From Pseudomonadota bacterium (GTDB taxonomy: Bacteria > Pseudomonadota > Gammaproteobacteria > UBA9214): a stretch of DNA of 64,000 bases. Below the pieces are notes generated by a model. It ran no database searches. It was not told the DNA's origin and saw only the letters and a program-made list of their open reading frames with translations. This document shows, piece by piece, positions 22,531 through 33,481 of the stretch. Within the stretch, counting starts at the first letter, position 1. Every line of letters begins with the position of its first letter. Where the stretch lies: the NCBI GenBank assembly GCA_039714975.1, contig JBDLIH010000003.1:10197-74196 (forward strand), in the 5' to 3' direction. A program made the position numbers and the translations under genes.

Positions 22531-22671
22531 GATGCTCCCTGTTTGTCTGAGATAATTCGGATATAAATTTAACTACTTACGCTTCACTAAGTATCGGACA
22601 GCACTGCGGGAGCTTTAGAATGACGTCAATCAATGCAGCTGGCCTGGACCTGCCTGGAAATACCGGCTTGG

Positions 22672-23640
22672 TCAGGGTGCGGTCGGCGGGGTATTCAGGG
22701 TCAGGCTGCCAGTGAGATCACAGACCGAGGTCAGTTCATGCCGGTGAAGGTAATCCGCGATGCCACGGTTTATCCTGTTGCAGACCAGCGGGTCGTAGAA
22801 CAGGGCGGTACCGACGCCGACGGCGGTTGCCCCCGCAATCAAAAACTCAAGGGCGTCTTCTGGGGAAGTTATACCGCCCTGGCCGATAATGGGGATGTTA
22901 TGTGGTTTGCAGACCTGGTGAACCTGGTGCACTTTTAGCAAGGCCACCGGTTTGATGGCCGGGCCGGACAAGCCACCCTGGTTGTTGCCGATCACCGGTG
23001 TGCGTTGCTCGATATCGATGGCCATGCCCATCAGGGTATTGATGACCGCAAAGCCGTCGCTACCGGCCTCGATGCAGCGGCGTGCATTGTCCGCAATATC
23101 GGTCTGGTTGGGTGATAATTTGGTAATCAGCGGCTTACTGGTGACCCTGCGACAGGCAGCCACCACGCGGGCTGACATAGCCGGGTCGTTGCCGAAGGTG
23201 ACCCCGCCTTCCTTTACATTCGGGCAGGAAATATTGATTTCGATGGCGTCGATGGGTGAGTTGTCAAAGCGACGGGTCACCTCTGCATATTCTTCAACCG
23301 TGGAACCTGAAACATTGGCAATAAAGCGCGTCTCGGTGAAATCGAGTGACGGCAGGATTTCATTGATCACGTAATCCGTGCCGGGGTTTTGCAGACCGAT
23401 GGCATTGAGCATGCCGGCGGGTGTCTCTGCAATGCGGTGCGGTCTGTTGCCCAGCCGGGGTTCCAGTGTCGTGCCCTTCAGGCAGACGGCACCGGCATCC
23501 CGGTTGGAAAAGCCGGTAACCCGGGTATATTCTTCGCCGAAGCCGACGCAGCCGGATAGCAGGACCAGTGGTGACGTCAGCGCGAGTCCGCAAAAGTCCA
23601 CTGCCAGTTTTTGCTGTTCAGTCTCTGTCATTGGAATCAA
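22672..23640 (-). CDS. Dihydroorotate dehydrogenase family protein (class 1-type catalytic subunit; PyrD/PreA-like)
   Basis: 322 aa. [28 protein letters not shown] and [29 protein letters not shown] match class-1 DHOD/DHPD FMN-barrel motifs. Confidence 0.75.
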   Translation of the reverse strand: MIPMTETEQQKLAVDFCGLALTSPLVLLSGCVGFGEEYTRVTGFSNRDAGAVCLKGTTLEPRLGNRPHRIAETPAGMLNAIGLQNPGTDYVINEILPSLDFTETRFIANVSGSTVEEYAEVTRRFDNSPIDAIEINISCPNVKEGGVTFGNDPAMSARVVAACRRVTSKPLITKLSPNQTDIADNARRCIEAGSDGFAVINTLMGMAIDIEQRTPVIGNNQGGLSGPAIKPVALLKVHQVHQVCKPHNIPIIGQGGITSPEDALEFLIAGATAVGVGTALFYDPLVCNRINRGIADYLHRHELTSVCDLTGSLTLNTPPTAP

Positions 23641-23668
23641 GGCAATTTCAGACTACAGGGGTCCCCTG

Positions 23669-24133
23669 ATGTTTCATATCGTGCTTTACCAGCCGGAGAT
23701 ACCGCCCAACACGGGCAACATCATACGCCTTTGCGCAAATACCGGCAGTGCCCTGCACCTGATTCATCCGCTGGGATTTGAACTGGATGATCGCAAGTTG
23801 CGTCGTGCGGGGCTTGATTACCGCGAGTGGGCAACAGTGCACGAGCATGAATCACTGGATGCCTTTAGAAATACCGTCAAGCCGTTACGTCTATGGGCTG
23901 TGTCGACCCGGGGCACACAGTCTTATTCAGAGCCCTGTTACGAGCCGGGTGATGCCTTCCTGTTCGGACCGGAAACGCGAGGCTTGCCCGAAAATATGCT
24001 GCAGGCATTAGGCCACACAGCTGTTTTGCGTGTGCCGATGATAGCGAACAGCCGCAGCCTGAATCTCTCGAATACCGTTGCCATACTGGTATACGAGGCC
24101 TGGCGACAACAGGCCTTTAAGGGTTCAGCCTGA
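23669..24133 (+). CDS. trmL: tRNA (cytidine/uridine-2'-O)-methyltransferase, SpoU/TrmL family
   Basis: 154 aa. [26 protein letters not shown]...[10 protein letters not shown]...[14 protein letters not shown] are SPOUT motifs. The ORF upstream extension from 23378 is probably not translated. Confidence 0.85.
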   Translation: MFHIVLYQPEIPPNTGNIIRLCANTGSALHLIHPLGFELDDRKLRRAGLDYREWATVHEHESLDAFRNTVKPLRLWAVSTRGTQSYSEPCYEPGDAFLFGPETRGLPENMLQALGHTAVLRVPMIANSRSLNLSNTVAILVYEAWRQQAFKGSA

Positions 24134-25132
24134 AGTCTCTGATTTGCTATCACGTGACAGCAGGTTTTTCACGGCTTCAGCGGGCGCCAGGCCTTCGTGC
24201 AGCACCCGGTAGACCTGTTCGCAAATCGGCAATTCAACCCGGTAGTGTTTGGCCAGCTGCATCACTTCCCGGGCCGTATTGAAACCCTCGACGACCTGTC
24301 CTATATCCTCTAACGCCACATCGATAGCTGTTCCGCGGCCCAGGGCCAGTCCCAAACGCCGGTTGCGCGACTGGTCATCGGTACAGGTGAGGATCAGGTC
24401 ACCGACACCGGCCAGTCCCATCAGGGTTTCACGGCGCGCACCCATGGCATCACCCAGGCGGATGATTTCCGCAAGCCCGCGCGTAATCAGTGCCGCGCGG
24501 CCGTTGGCGCCCAGTTGCATGCCATCGGTAATGCCCGAGGCAATTGCGAGAACATTCTTCACTGTTCCGCCCAGCTGCACGCCTGTCATATCGTCACTGG
24601 TGTAGGCACGCATGGTGTCGCCATGCAGTCGGCTCGCCATATCATTGGCAAACACCGGGTTGTTGGAGGCGACCGTCAGCGCTGTTGGTAATCCGGCGGC
24701 GACCTCTTTGGCGAAGGTGGGGCCGGATACCACGGCGGCCGGATATTTCGAACCCAGGACATCCTCGAATACATCACTCATGAACTTGCCGCTGCCGTAT
24801 TCCAGTCCCTTGGTGGCCCAGGCGAGGCGTGATTGTTCGTCAAGAAACGGCGCCAGTCCGGTCAGTACTTCACGAAAGGCGTGGCTGGGGACGACCATTA
24901 ACAGGTCGCGGTTGGCCTGAACAGCCTCGGCCAGACTGGTCTCCAGGGCCAGGTTTTCAGGAAAGTGAAAGCCGGGGAGATATTGCTGGTTCCGGCGTTC
25001 CCGGGACAGCGTCGCCATGAAATCCGCTTCGTGGCCCCACAGGCAGGTGGTGTTGTGGTTGCTTGCCAGGCGTATGGCAAGCGCAGTACCCCAGGAGCCG
25101 GCACCCAGGACAGTTATTCCGTGATCGCGCAT
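24125..25132 (-). CDS. gpsA: NAD(P)H-dependent glycerol-3-phosphate dehydrogenase
   Basis: 335 aa; [14 protein letters not shown] Rossmann fold; GpsA body; secB-gpsA synteny. Confidence 0.93.
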   Translation of the reverse strand: MRDHGITVLGAGSWGTALAIRLASNHNTTCLWGHEADFMATLSRERRNQQYLPGFHFPENLALETSLAEAVQANRDLLMVVPSHAFREVLTGLAPFLDEQSRLAWATKGLEYGSGKFMSDVFEDVLGSKYPAAVVSGPTFAKEVAAGLPTALTVASNNPVFANDMASRLHGDTMRAYTSDDMTGVQLGGTVKNVLAIASGITDGMQLGANGRAALITRGLAEIIRLGDAMGARRETLMGLAGVGDLILTCTDDQSRNRRLGLALGRGTAIDVALEDIGQVVEGFNTAREVMQLAKHYRVELPICEQVYRVLHEGLAPAEAVKNLLSRDSKSETSG

Positions 25133-25177
25133 TAATTCACAGGGGTTGTCGATTGATGATAAGCCGGATGAGAAAAG

Positions 25178-25663
25178 CTAGTCTTCTGTTGAAGTCGCCG
25201 CAGCAGCCTGAGCTTCTTCAAGCCGCCTTTTATACATAAGGTCAAAGTTGACTGGTGCCAGGAGTAACTGCGGGAAACCACCCCTGGTTACCAGGTCGGA
25301 TATTGCTGCACAGGCATAGGGATAAAGGAAACGATTGCAAAAGACATTATGAATGCGTTGAACTTCTTCGGGACTGTGACCGGTAATAGAAAAAATTCCT
25401 GCCTGCTGTACTTCGGCAAGATAGGCGGCTTCACCATCTACGGTTACTGTGGCAGTCAGTGCGAGTACGACCTCGTGGTGACCATCATTGGTCAATGCTG
25501 CTCTGTGACCGAATTCTATTTCAAGGCGCGGCTTCCATTCCTTCAGGAAAATGGCGGGCGAGTTCGGTGTCTCAAATGATACATCTTTAAGGTAGATTTT
25601 TTGAGGCTGAATGAATTTCTGTTCTCCCTCGTTCTGAGGGGCTGCCTGTTGTTCATCTGCCAT
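25178..25663 (-). CDS. secB: Protein-export chaperone SecB
   Basis: 161 aa with an acidic C-terminus; FQIQRIYLKD-like N-region (KIYLKDVSFETPNSP). Confidence 0.92.
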   Translation of the reverse strand: MADEQQAAPQNEGEQKFIQPQKIYLKDVSFETPNSPAIFLKEWKPRLEIEFGHRAALTNDGHHEVVLALTATVTVDGEAAYLAEVQQAGIFSITGHSPEEVQRIHNVFCNRFLYPYACAAISDLVTRGGFPQLLLAPVNFDLMYKRRLEEAQAAAATSTED

Positions 25664-25690
25664 GGGTAGGATTCCTGTTGTTTATTCCGG

Positions 25691-26122
25691 TTAACCGGCT
25701 TTGGTCAATGGCAGTTCCGCTTTTTGCCAGGCCAGTACACCGCCTTGCAGATTATAGACCGACTCAAACCCCTGCTTGCTGAGGTTGTTGCAGACTGCCG
25801 TTGATTGCTGCCCCCGCTGGCAGTAAACAATCACCGGGCGTTCACGGTATTTGTTCAGGGTGGCCGGTATTTTGCCCTTGCTTTCCGGCATATTCACTGC
25901 ATTGACAATATGACCTTCACGATAGTCCTTGTCACTGCGCATATCAATCATGATGGCATTATCATGGTTGAGCAGGCGGGTTGCTTCACCGGGACTGACT
26001 GCTTTGACGTGACTGAGGCGCTGTTGCAGCTCTGTTACGATCAGCATCCCGAGAATCGCAAACAGTGCCAGCACCAGCAGGGTATGGTTACCGGCAAATT
26101 CGATCAGCTGCTGTGTATTCAT
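25691..26122 (-). CDS. Membrane-anchored rhodanese-domain sulfurtransferase (YibN-like)
   Basis: N-terminal TM helix followed by a rhodanese domain with the catalytic loop VYCQRGQQS. The start is taken at MNTQQLIEF. Confidence 0.8.
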   Translation of the reverse strand: MNTQQLIEFAGNHTLLVLALFAILGMLIVTELQQRLSHVKAVSPGEATRLLNHDNAIMIDMRSDKDYREGHIVNAVNMPESKGKIPATLNKYRERPVIVYCQRGQQSTAVCNNLSKQGFESVYNLQGGVLAWQKAELPLTKAG

Positions 26123-26183
26123 TGGTGGTGAATGATTTGTCGTGAAGAAAAATAAAACAGGATGCTGAACAATGAAGGGTAGC

Positions 26184-26498
26184 TCAGATACTGTGGCAAA
26201 ATACTTCACGCATCATGCCGATCAATTGCAGTGTGCGTGAGTCGCCGACGCGGTAGTAAACACGGTTGGCGTCCTTGCGTGATGCGAGAATACCCTTGTC
26301 TCGCAGAATAGCCAGGTGCTGGGAAATATTGCTTTGCGAAGTGCCGACACGCTCGACAATATCCTGTACGCTCAATTCCTGATCACCAAGGGTGCAGAGA
26401 ATTTTCAGCCGAAGCGGGTGTGACATTGCCTTGAGGGAGCGTGAGGCGCGGTCGATGTCTTCATCACGTGTGATGAGTGTTTCAGTGCTAACAACCAT
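26184..26498 (-). CDS. ArsR/SmtB family transcriptional regulator
   Basis: 104 aa. HPLRLKILCTL...SQSNISQHLAILRDKGIL is a winged HTH of the ArsR family. Confidence 0.85.
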   Translation of the reverse strand: MVVSTETLITRDEDIDRASRSLKAMSHPLRLKILCTLGDQELSVQDIVERVGTSQSNISQHLAILRDKGILASRKDANRVYYRVGDSRTLQLIGMMREVFCHSI

Positions 26499-26690
26499 TC
26501 TTTCCCCCTCAAATACCTGATTTAATTATAGCTTACTGCATTCATTACTAAAACATTATACAATAATAAACCGTTTCTGCTACAGCTAAGGTGCTGAAAC
26601 ATCAGCATCGTGCTCAGACGGTTTTTACCGACTGATTGTTGGTAACGATGGAAATCGGGTAGCAACCTGACTTAGACTCTTTCTAGATAT

Positions 26691-28313
26691 ATGAGCGAAC
26701 AGCAACAAAAATCATCCAGCAATAGCGCCGCAAGGCCAATGGTACTGCTTATCCTCGATGGTTGGGGCCACAGCGAGACACCGCAGCATAATGCACTTTC
26801 GGCAGCGAACAAGCCTGTCTGGGACAGGCTCTGGAATAACAATCCGCATACCTTGATCCGCACCTCGGGTGCCGCTGTCGGCTTGCCTGCCGGTCAGATG
26901 GGGAATTCCGAGGTCGGACACCTGAACCTCGGTGCCGGTCGTGTGGTGTACCAGGAATTTACCCGCGTCAGCCGCGCCATTAAAACCGGTTCCTTCTTCA
27001 GGAATCGCACCCTGACCGACGCGGTTGATCTTGCCATAGAAAATGACAAGGCAGTCCATCTGCTCGGCCTGCTATCACCCGGTGGCGTGCACAGCCACGA
27101 AGACCATATTCATGCCATGGTGGAGATGGCGCGTCAGCGTGGCGCAAAAAATGTCTACCTGCATGCCTTCCTGGATGGGCGGGATACACCCCCGCGCAGT
27201 GCAGCTTCGTCTATTGAGTCCATGCAACAGCTGTTCAACAAACTCGGGGGTGGCCGGTTTGTTTCCATCATTGGCCGTTACTATGCCATGGACCGTGACC
27301 ACCGCTGGCCGCGCATTCAGGCGGCCTATGACCTGATTACCCAGGGAAAGGCGGAATTCGAGGCCCTGGATCCCATGAGCGCCCTGGAAATGGCCTATGC
27401 CCGTGACGAGGGTGATGAATTCGTCAAGGCAACTGCGATTGTTCCTGCCGGGGCACAGCCGGTCAGTGTCGAGGATGGCGATGTGATGGTGTTTATGAAC
27501 TATCGTTCGGATCGTGCGCGGCAGATTACCCGCCCGTTTATAGAACCTGATTTTGACGGTTTTGAACGCGAACGTGAACCCAAACTGGGAAGCTTTGTGA
27601 GTCTGACCGAGTATAAGGCCGATTTTGATGTGCCGGTCGCCTATCCAGCCGAGCGCCTCAAGAACGTGTTTGGTGAATACGTCGCAAAGAACGGTCTGCG
27701 GCAGTTACGACTGGCCGAAACCGAGAAGTATGCACACGTCACATTCTTCTTCAACGGTGGACAGGAAAAGCCGTTTGAAGGGGAAGAACGGATACTGGTG
27801 AAGTCACCCATGGTACCCACCTATGATCTGCAACCGGAGATGAGTGCACCCGAGGTGACTGACAACCTGGTCGCTGCGATCGGGAGCGGCACTTATGACG
27901 TTATTATCTGCAATTACGCCAATCCTGACATGGTGGGCCATACCGGTAAATTTGATGCCGCGGTGAAAGCCATCGAGGCTATCGACAGCTGCCTGGGCCG
28001 TATCACGGACGCACTGGAAAACTCGGGTGGTGAGATGCTGGTGACCGCCGACCATGGCAATGCCGAACTGATGCTGAATAATGAGACAGGCCAGCCATTT
28101 ACCGCTCATACGACGAATCCTGTGCCGCTGATATACGTCGGGCGTCCGGCAAAGTTACTGGAACACGGTGCACTGTCTGATATTGCGCCGACCATGCTGT
28201 ACCTGATGAACATGTCATTGCCGCCGGAGATGACCGGCACTCCGCTGGTTGAGCTGTTGGCTGATGTCAATGAGGTCAGTGGGCAGGAAACTGTTGCCGA
28301 CGCACATGACTGA
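26691..28313 (+). CDS. gpmI: 2,3-bisphosphoglycerate-independent phosphoglycerate mutase
   Basis: 540 aa. [10 protein letters not shown]...[13 protein letters not shown]... are iPGM catalytic motifs. Confidence 0.95.
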   Translation: MSEQQQKSSSNSAARPMVLLILDGWGHSETPQHNALSAANKPVWDRLWNNNPHTLIRTSGAAVGLPAGQMGNSEVGHLNLGAGRVVYQEFTRVSRAIKTGSFFRNRTLTDAVDLAIENDKAVHLLGLLSPGGVHSHEDHIHAMVEMARQRGAKNVYLHAFLDGRDTPPRSAASSIESMQQLFNKLGGGRFVSIIGRYYAMDRDHRWPRIQAAYDLITQGKAEFEALDPMSALEMAYARDEGDEFVKATAIVPAGAQPVSVEDGDVMVFMNYRSDRARQITRPFIEPDFDGFEREREPKLGSFVSLTEYKADFDVPVAYPAERLKNVFGEYVAKNGLRQLRLAETEKYAHVTFFFNGGQEKPFEGEERILVKSPMVPTYDLQPEMSAPEVTDNLVAAIGSGTYDVIICNYANPDMVGHTGKFDAAVKAIEAIDSCLGRITDALENSGGEMLVTADHGNAELMLNNETGQPFTAHTTNPVPLIYVGRPAKLLEHGALSDIAPTMLYLMNMSLPPEMTGTPLVELLADVNEVSGQETVADAHD

Positions 28314-29532
28314 TGTGCACTGGCCGCCAGGTTACCTCCGTCCTGTAACCACCGAAGCACTCTTTTACCCCCGTCTGATCCTGCTGTGTGTTCTTGCGCT
28401 GGTGTTTATTCCGGCCGGGGCGGCGGAAGATCTTGCCGTTCAGACAAAAAAGCTGCAGCAGTTGCAGAAGCATATTAATGGCATCAAGACTGAACTCGCA
28501 TCCATGCATGGTCAGCGCAATACCGTACAGGCTGAACTGGAAAAAACAGAAAAGAAAATTGGCCGTGTCACAGCCGGGTTGCATCGGCTCGATGCCGATG
28601 CGGATATCGCGCATCAGAAAATGCAGTCCCTTAACAAGGACCGAACCACGGAAAGCCACACGCTAGCTTCCCTGCGCAAGACGCTGTCGCGGGACTTGCA
28701 GTCGGCCTATACGGCAGGAAGGCAGCAGCGAATCAAGTTGTTACTGAACCAGCAGGATCCCGCCCAGGTTGGGCGGATGATGACCTATCATGGTTTTTTC
28801 ACCCGCGCACGTGCCAACCGCTTGCAGGAATTACGTACCACGCTGGCCAGGATCGATGGCATCGAGCATGCACTCGTCGAGCAGCAGGCAGAAATAAAAC
28901 AGCTGCAATTGCAGCAGCAGGAAGAATCAGCGCGGCTGACGACCGAGCAGAATAATCGACATAAAATACTTGTACAGCTGCAGCGTGACTTGCAGGTCAA
29001 AAAGACCGAATTATCCACCTTGCAAGAGGATGAGTTACGCTTGCAGGCTCTGGTGCAATCATTGCAGCAAGCCATGCGTGAAATTTCACCGCAGAGTGGT
29101 AACTTTACCTCACTGCGTCAGCTCAAGGGGAAGTTACGCTGGCCGGTAGCGGGACGTTTAACGCGCCGTTACGGTTCGAAGCAGTCTTCAGAGGGGCTGC
29201 AGTCCCGAGGCGTTCTTATAAGCTCGCGTGCCGGTGCTGATGTACATGCCATTGCCGCAGGCCAGATTGTATTTGCCGACTGGTTACGGGGATTCGGACT
29301 GTTGCTGATAGTCGATCATGGCCACGGATATATGTCTCTTTACGGGCAGAATCGCAGTCTCTACAAGGACGTCGGCGCATGGGTAAAACGCGATGAAGTC
29401 GTGGCCGCCGCCGGCAGCAGCGGCGGACGGGACCAGGACGGTCTTTACCTGGAGCTGCGCAAGGATGGACGGCCGTTCAACCCGACTGCCTGGTTTGATG
29501 GCCGACCGTTACCGCAACGGGCGGGTCGCTAG
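28306..29532 (+). CDS. envC: Murein hydrolase activator EnvC-like (coiled-coil plus M23/LytM domain)
   Basis: Signal peptide, long coiled-coil, C-terminal [15 protein letters not shown]... M23 domain. ATG 28306 overlaps the gpmI stop out of frame. gpmI-envC synteny. Confidence 0.85.
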   Translation: MTDVHWPPGYLRPVTTEALFYPRLILLCVLALVFIPAGAAEDLAVQTKKLQQLQKHINGIKTELASMHGQRNTVQAELEKTEKKIGRVTAGLHRLDADADIAHQKMQSLNKDRTTESHTLASLRKTLSRDLQSAYTAGRQQRIKLLLNQQDPAQVGRMMTYHGFFTRARANRLQELRTTLARIDGIEHALVEQQAEIKQLQLQQQEESARLTTEQNNRHKILVQLQRDLQVKKTELSTLQEDELRLQALVQSLQQAMREISPQSGNFTSLRQLKGKLRWPVAGRLTRRYGSKQSSEGLQSRGVLISSRAGADVHAIAAGQIVFADWLRGFGLLLIVDHGHGYMSLYGQNRSLYKDVGAWVKRDEVVAAAGSSGGRDQDGLYLELRKDGRPFNPTAWFDGRPLPQRAGR

Positions 29533-29748
29533 CAATACCCCCGTTTACTGTGGAATTAAGCTGCTGATGCAATGTCAGAACTCAGGTAAGTGGCGTAATA
29601 CCGGCGGATGAAAGCTTTCCGGGCGGACGCCGATACCGCTGTAACCGGTGCTGTGATATGGTCACATTGTCTTGTCAGCGGCGCTACTTAACTCTCATTT
29701 ACAGGAAGCTGGTTTGCATTAGCCGTTGACCTTGTCTGGAAGAACTAC

Positions 29749-31062
29749 ATGAAACCCAAAATACAGAATTATCTGCTGGTACTGACCGGGCTTCTTGCCG
29801 GTGTGCTGGTATCAATTGGCCACGGTGTGTTTGCCGAACGCGAGAGTAGCCAGGCAACCTTGCCAGTTGAGGAATTACGCACTTTCAGTGATGTTTTTGG
29901 GCGCATCAAGAATGACTATGTTGTCGATGTAGACGACAAGGAATTGATAGAAAATGCTATCCGCGGCATGTTGTCCGGCCTGGATCCGCACTCTTCCTAC
30001 CTGGATGCTGAACAGTTTACCGAGCTGCAGGTTGGCACCACCGGTCAGTTTGGCGGCCTGGGTATCGAGGTGGGTATGGAAAACGGTTTTGTCAAGGTCA
30101 TCGCACCGATTGATGACACGCCTGCACAACGTGCCGGTGTCGAGGCCGGTGACCTGGTCATTCGACTGGACGACACACCGGTCAAGGGGATGACGCTCAA
30201 CGAAGCGGTCAAGGTGATGCGCGGTGAGCCCGGGTCTGATATTGAACTGACCATTGTACGGGAAGGCCTCGATCAACCCCTCAAGATCAAGATCACGCGT
30301 GATGTCATCAAGGTGAAGAGCGTCAGGGCGCGTATGCTTGAGCCTGGTTTTGGCTATTTACGCATCTCCCAGTTCCAGTCCAAGTCTGCAGAAAACATGG
30401 TCGACGCCATCGAGGATCTGAAGAAAGAGAACAAGGGTCCGATGCACGGTCTGGTACTGGATCTTCGCAACAATCCCGGTGGTGTGCTGAATGGCGCGGT
30501 GGCCGTTTCTGACGCCTTTCTCAAGAAGGGTATGATCGTCTACACCGAGGGACGTATTGCTGACTCCAGGTTGCGATTCAATGCGACCCCGGATGATGTT
30601 ATTAATGGCGCACCATTGGTCGTGCTGGTAAACCAGGGTTCCGCCTCTGCCTCGGAAATTGTGGCCGGTGCATTGCAGGATCATAAGCGCGCCATCATCG
30701 TGGGTGTTAAAACGTTCGGCAAAGGGTCAGTGCAGACTATTTTGCCGCTCAGCAGCGAGTCTGCGCTGAAGTTGACTACTGCACGCTATTACACTCCGTC
30801 AGGTAAATCGATCCAGGCGGAGGGTATAACGCCGGATATCGAACTGGAGAGTATTGAAGTCGCTTCCATCGAGCGGAATATCGAGCCATTGAAGGAAGCG
30901 GACCTGTCGGGCCATCTGGAAAATGGTAACGGAAAGGACGAAAAAAAATCCGCTGATGCAGAAGAAGATGACGTTTCGTTATCACCTGCAGATGACTACA
31001 TGTTGTACGAGGCACTGAATCTGCTGAAGGGCCTGGTGATTCTGCAGGAACGCATGCAGTAA
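29749..31062 (+). CDS. Carboxy-terminal processing protease (S41 family, Prc/CtpA)
   Basis: Signal/TM segment, PDZ domain, S41 catalytic region GSASASEIVAGALQD...K. Confidence 0.9.
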   Translation: MKPKIQNYLLVLTGLLAGVLVSIGHGVFAERESSQATLPVEELRTFSDVFGRIKNDYVVDVDDKELIENAIRGMLSGLDPHSSYLDAEQFTELQVGTTGQFGGLGIEVGMENGFVKVIAPIDDTPAQRAGVEAGDLVIRLDDTPVKGMTLNEAVKVMRGEPGSDIELTIVREGLDQPLKIKITRDVIKVKSVRARMLEPGFGYLRISQFQSKSAENMVDAIEDLKKENKGPMHGLVLDLRNNPGGVLNGAVAVSDAFLKKGMIVYTEGRIADSRLRFNATPDDVINGAPLVVLVNQGSASASEIVAGALQDHKRAIIVGVKTFGKGSVQTILPLSSESALKLTTARYYTPSGKSIQAEGITPDIELESIEVASIERNIEPLKEADLSGHLENGNGKDEKKSADAEEDDVSLSPADDYMLYEALNLLKGLVILQERMQ

Positions 31063-31072
31063 TCACCAGGGG

Positions 31073-31903
31073 ATGAATCTGAACCCTGTCATATGGCGCT
31101 TCATTATTACCCTGTGGCTGGGCTTGCAGTCGTTTGTGGCCGTAGCTGCCAACAGCTTTCCTGCTGATGCTGAAAAAAACCTGCCCGCCATAGCACTGAT
31201 TATTGATGATCTCGGTAATCAGAGACATCTGGGTATGCGCGCAGTCATGCTGCCCGGTCCGGTAGCCTGTGCCTTTCTGCCCTATGGACCATTCACCAAC
31301 GCGCTTGCCCGGCAGGCGCACGGCTATCACAAGGAGGTCATGCTGCACCTGCCGATGCAGGCTGTTGATCATGAAGACAGGCGCGTGGAAAAAGGCACGC
31401 TGACACTTGAGATGACAGAGCAACAGTTTTTGGAGGCAACGGCGCACGAGATTGCGGCCGTTCCACATGTCAGCGGTCTGAACAATCACATGGGCAGTTT
31501 GCTGACACGCCACCCCGGTAATATGGCGTGGCTGATGCAGGCCATTAACAAGCACGGCGGTCTTTTTTTTGTAGACAGTCGGACTACCACTGCAACTGTC
31601 GCGAGGCAACTTGCAGTAGAGTATGGCGTGCCAAACAGTTCCCGAAATGTTTTCCTTGATAACGATCCTGATCCCGTGGCTGTACGTGCACAATTCCGGA
31701 AGCTGGTCGCAATTGCCAAACGCGATGGCACTGCGCTGGGGATCGGACATCCGCTGACAGGCACGCTGAACGTACTGACGGAAGAACTTGCAAATCTGCA
31801 TCGGCAGGGGGTGCAGTTGCTGCCGGTGTCGCGTCTGATTGCACAACAGAACGAACAGCAGAACAAACCGAGAGTCGCATGGCAAGGGTCCTTGTCCCGT
31901 TAG
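31073..31903 (+). CDS. Divergent polysaccharide deacetylase family protein (YibQ-like)
   Basis: 276 aa with signal peptide; LIIDDLGN and HLPMQ motifs of the YibQ family; envC-ctpA-yibQ context. Confidence 0.8.
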   Translation: MNLNPVIWRFIITLWLGLQSFVAVAANSFPADAEKNLPAIALIIDDLGNQRHLGMRAVMLPGPVACAFLPYGPFTNALARQAHGYHKEVMLHLPMQAVDHEDRRVEKGTLTLEMTEQQFLEATAHEIAAVPHVSGLNNHMGSLLTRHPGNMAWLMQAINKHGGLFFVDSRTTTATVARQLAVEYGVPNSSRNVFLDNDPDPVAVRAQFRKLVAIAKRDGTALGIGHPLTGTLNVLTEELANLHRQGVQLLPVSRLIAQQNEQQNKPRVAWQGSLSR

Positions 31904-32430
31904 CCCAGGGTTGTGAGGAGCTGGAGGCGGTTACCGTGGTCGACCTGCTGCGGCGTGCCGGCATTGAGGTGGTTACGGCCGGGCTGGATGAACAGCCGGT
32001 GCATGCTTCACGTGGCCTGGTGCTGGTGCCTGATACGACGCTTGGCCGTGCATTACAGCAGGAATACGACATGATCGTGCTGCCCGGCGGCCTGCCGGGC
32101 GCGGACAACCTTAGAGATGACGACCGTATTATTGAACGGCTGCGGAGCATGTCTGCCGCAGGCAAATATACCGCGGCGATCTGCGCCGCACCCAAAGTAC
32201 TGGCGCATGCCGGACTGCTTCATGGCAAACGGGCTACCAGCTTCCCGGGTGCGCTGGAGACGGGCAGTATTCCGGGGCTTGATTATCTGGAAACACCGGT
32301 AGTCCTGGATGGCAATGTCATTACCTCACGCGGGCCTGGCACAGCGATGGATTTTGCACTGACCTTGATCGAGCTGCTCGCCGGTAAACAAAGACGTGAT
32401 GAGGTTGAAGCAGGCTTGCAGCGTGCCTGA
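31879..32430 (+). CDS. DJ-1/PfpI family protein (YajL/ThiJ-like)
   Basis: 183 aa. The AICAAP nucleophile-elbow cysteine motif and an overall DJ-1 fold pattern. Confidence 0.88.
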   Translation: MARVLVPLAQGCEELEAVTVVDLLRRAGIEVVTAGLDEQPVHASRGLVLVPDTTLGRALQQEYDMIVLPGGLPGADNLRDDDRIIERLRSMSAAGKYTAAICAAPKVLAHAGLLHGKRATSFPGALETGSIPGLDYLETPVVLDGNVITSRGPGTAMDFALTLIELLAGKQRRDEVEAGLQRA

Positions 32431-32462
32431 CTTCAGGTTGCTCCTGTCGGGTACCCGACACA

Positions 32463-33455
32463 ATGCGTCTTATTGAAATCGTTGCGGATGCAGGACATCT
32501 GGATACCCTGACCGGTATTGCAGAGCAGCATCAGGTCACCGATTTCTGGCACGGCGCTGAAGGTGAAGACGGGCGCATCGCTTTAAGGATGCTGGTCGAT
32601 GATGACATCCGTCAGGCAGTCATTGATGCCATCCTGAATGTACTGGCAACCATCGAAACGGCCCGTATTATTATTCTCCCTGTTGAAGCCGCGTTGCCGC
32701 GCGTGGATGACGACACCGAGCCTGAAAAAAGGAAGACTGCAAACGGGACCCAGACACGTGAGGAACTTTACGATCGTATTGAACGGGATGCGCGACTGGA
32801 CAGCAATTATTTATTGATGGTGTTTTTGTCAACGATTGTTGCCTCCATCGGCCTGATCGAAAACAACGTCGCTGTCATTGTGGGTGCCATGGTGATCGCG
32901 CCCCTGCTGGGCCCCAATATATCACTGGCATTTGCCACTTCGCTTGGCGATGGCGAGTTGATGTGGCAATCATTGAAAACCAACCTGGCAGGTCTGGCGC
33001 TTGCCTTGCTGATGGCGCTAGCGATTGGTTTTATCTGGCCCGACCATCTGCAAAGCAGTGAGATCCTGGTGCGCACCGATGTCGGCCTGGATGGTGTGCT
33101 GCTGGCACTTGCCTCGGGTGCAGCCGCGGTGCTTTCGCTGACCACCGGCCTGTCCAGTGCGCTGGTCGGCGTCATGGTCGCAGTGGCATTACTGCCGCCG
33201 ACAGCGACCCTGGGCATGATGCTTGGCAGTGGTCAGTTGAACCTGGCGCTGGGCGCCGGTTTGTTACTGGCCGTCAATGTGGTGTGCATCAACCTGTCGG
33301 CCAAGTTGATGTTCCTGCTCAAGGGCGTTAAACCACGTACCTGGCTGGAAAAACGCAAGGCCCGCCAGTCAGTTACTATTTACATCCTTATCTGGATCGT
33401 GACACTGGGAATCTTGCTGACGGCCATCATGGTTCGTCACCAGCTGGGTAGCTGA
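32463..33455 (+). CDS. DUF389/TIGR00341-family integral membrane protein
   Basis: 330 aa. A soluble N-domain followed by multiple TM helices with Gly/Ala-rich repeats typical of the family. Confidence 0.65.
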   Translation: MRLIEIVADAGHLDTLTGIAEQHQVTDFWHGAEGEDGRIALRMLVDDDIRQAVIDAILNVLATIETARIIILPVEAALPRVDDDTEPEKRKTANGTQTREELYDRIERDARLDSNYLLMVFLSTIVASIGLIENNVAVIVGAMVIAPLLGPNISLAFATSLGDGELMWQSLKTNLAGLALALLMALAIGFIWPDHLQSSEILVRTDVGLDGVLLALASGAAAVLSLTTGLSSALVGVMVAVALLPPTATLGMMLGSGQLNLALGAGLLLAVNVVCINLSAKLMFLLKGVKPRTWLEKRKARQSVTIYILIWIVTLGILLTAIMVRHQLGS

Positions 33456-33481
33456 TTACCGCACCTGCAGCATACGCAGTT

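Noticed and set aside
23378-23668. N-terminal 97-codon extension of the trmL ORF
   Set aside because: The extension is antisense to the DHOD-like gene and non-conserved. The SPOUT domain begins at Met 23669.
30776-31885. 369-aa ORF on the minus strand
   Set aside because: It lies entirely antisense to the ctpA 3' end and the yibQ-like gene, which have strong homology signals. It has Cys/Arg/His-rich low-complexity translation typical of GC-rich antisense frames.
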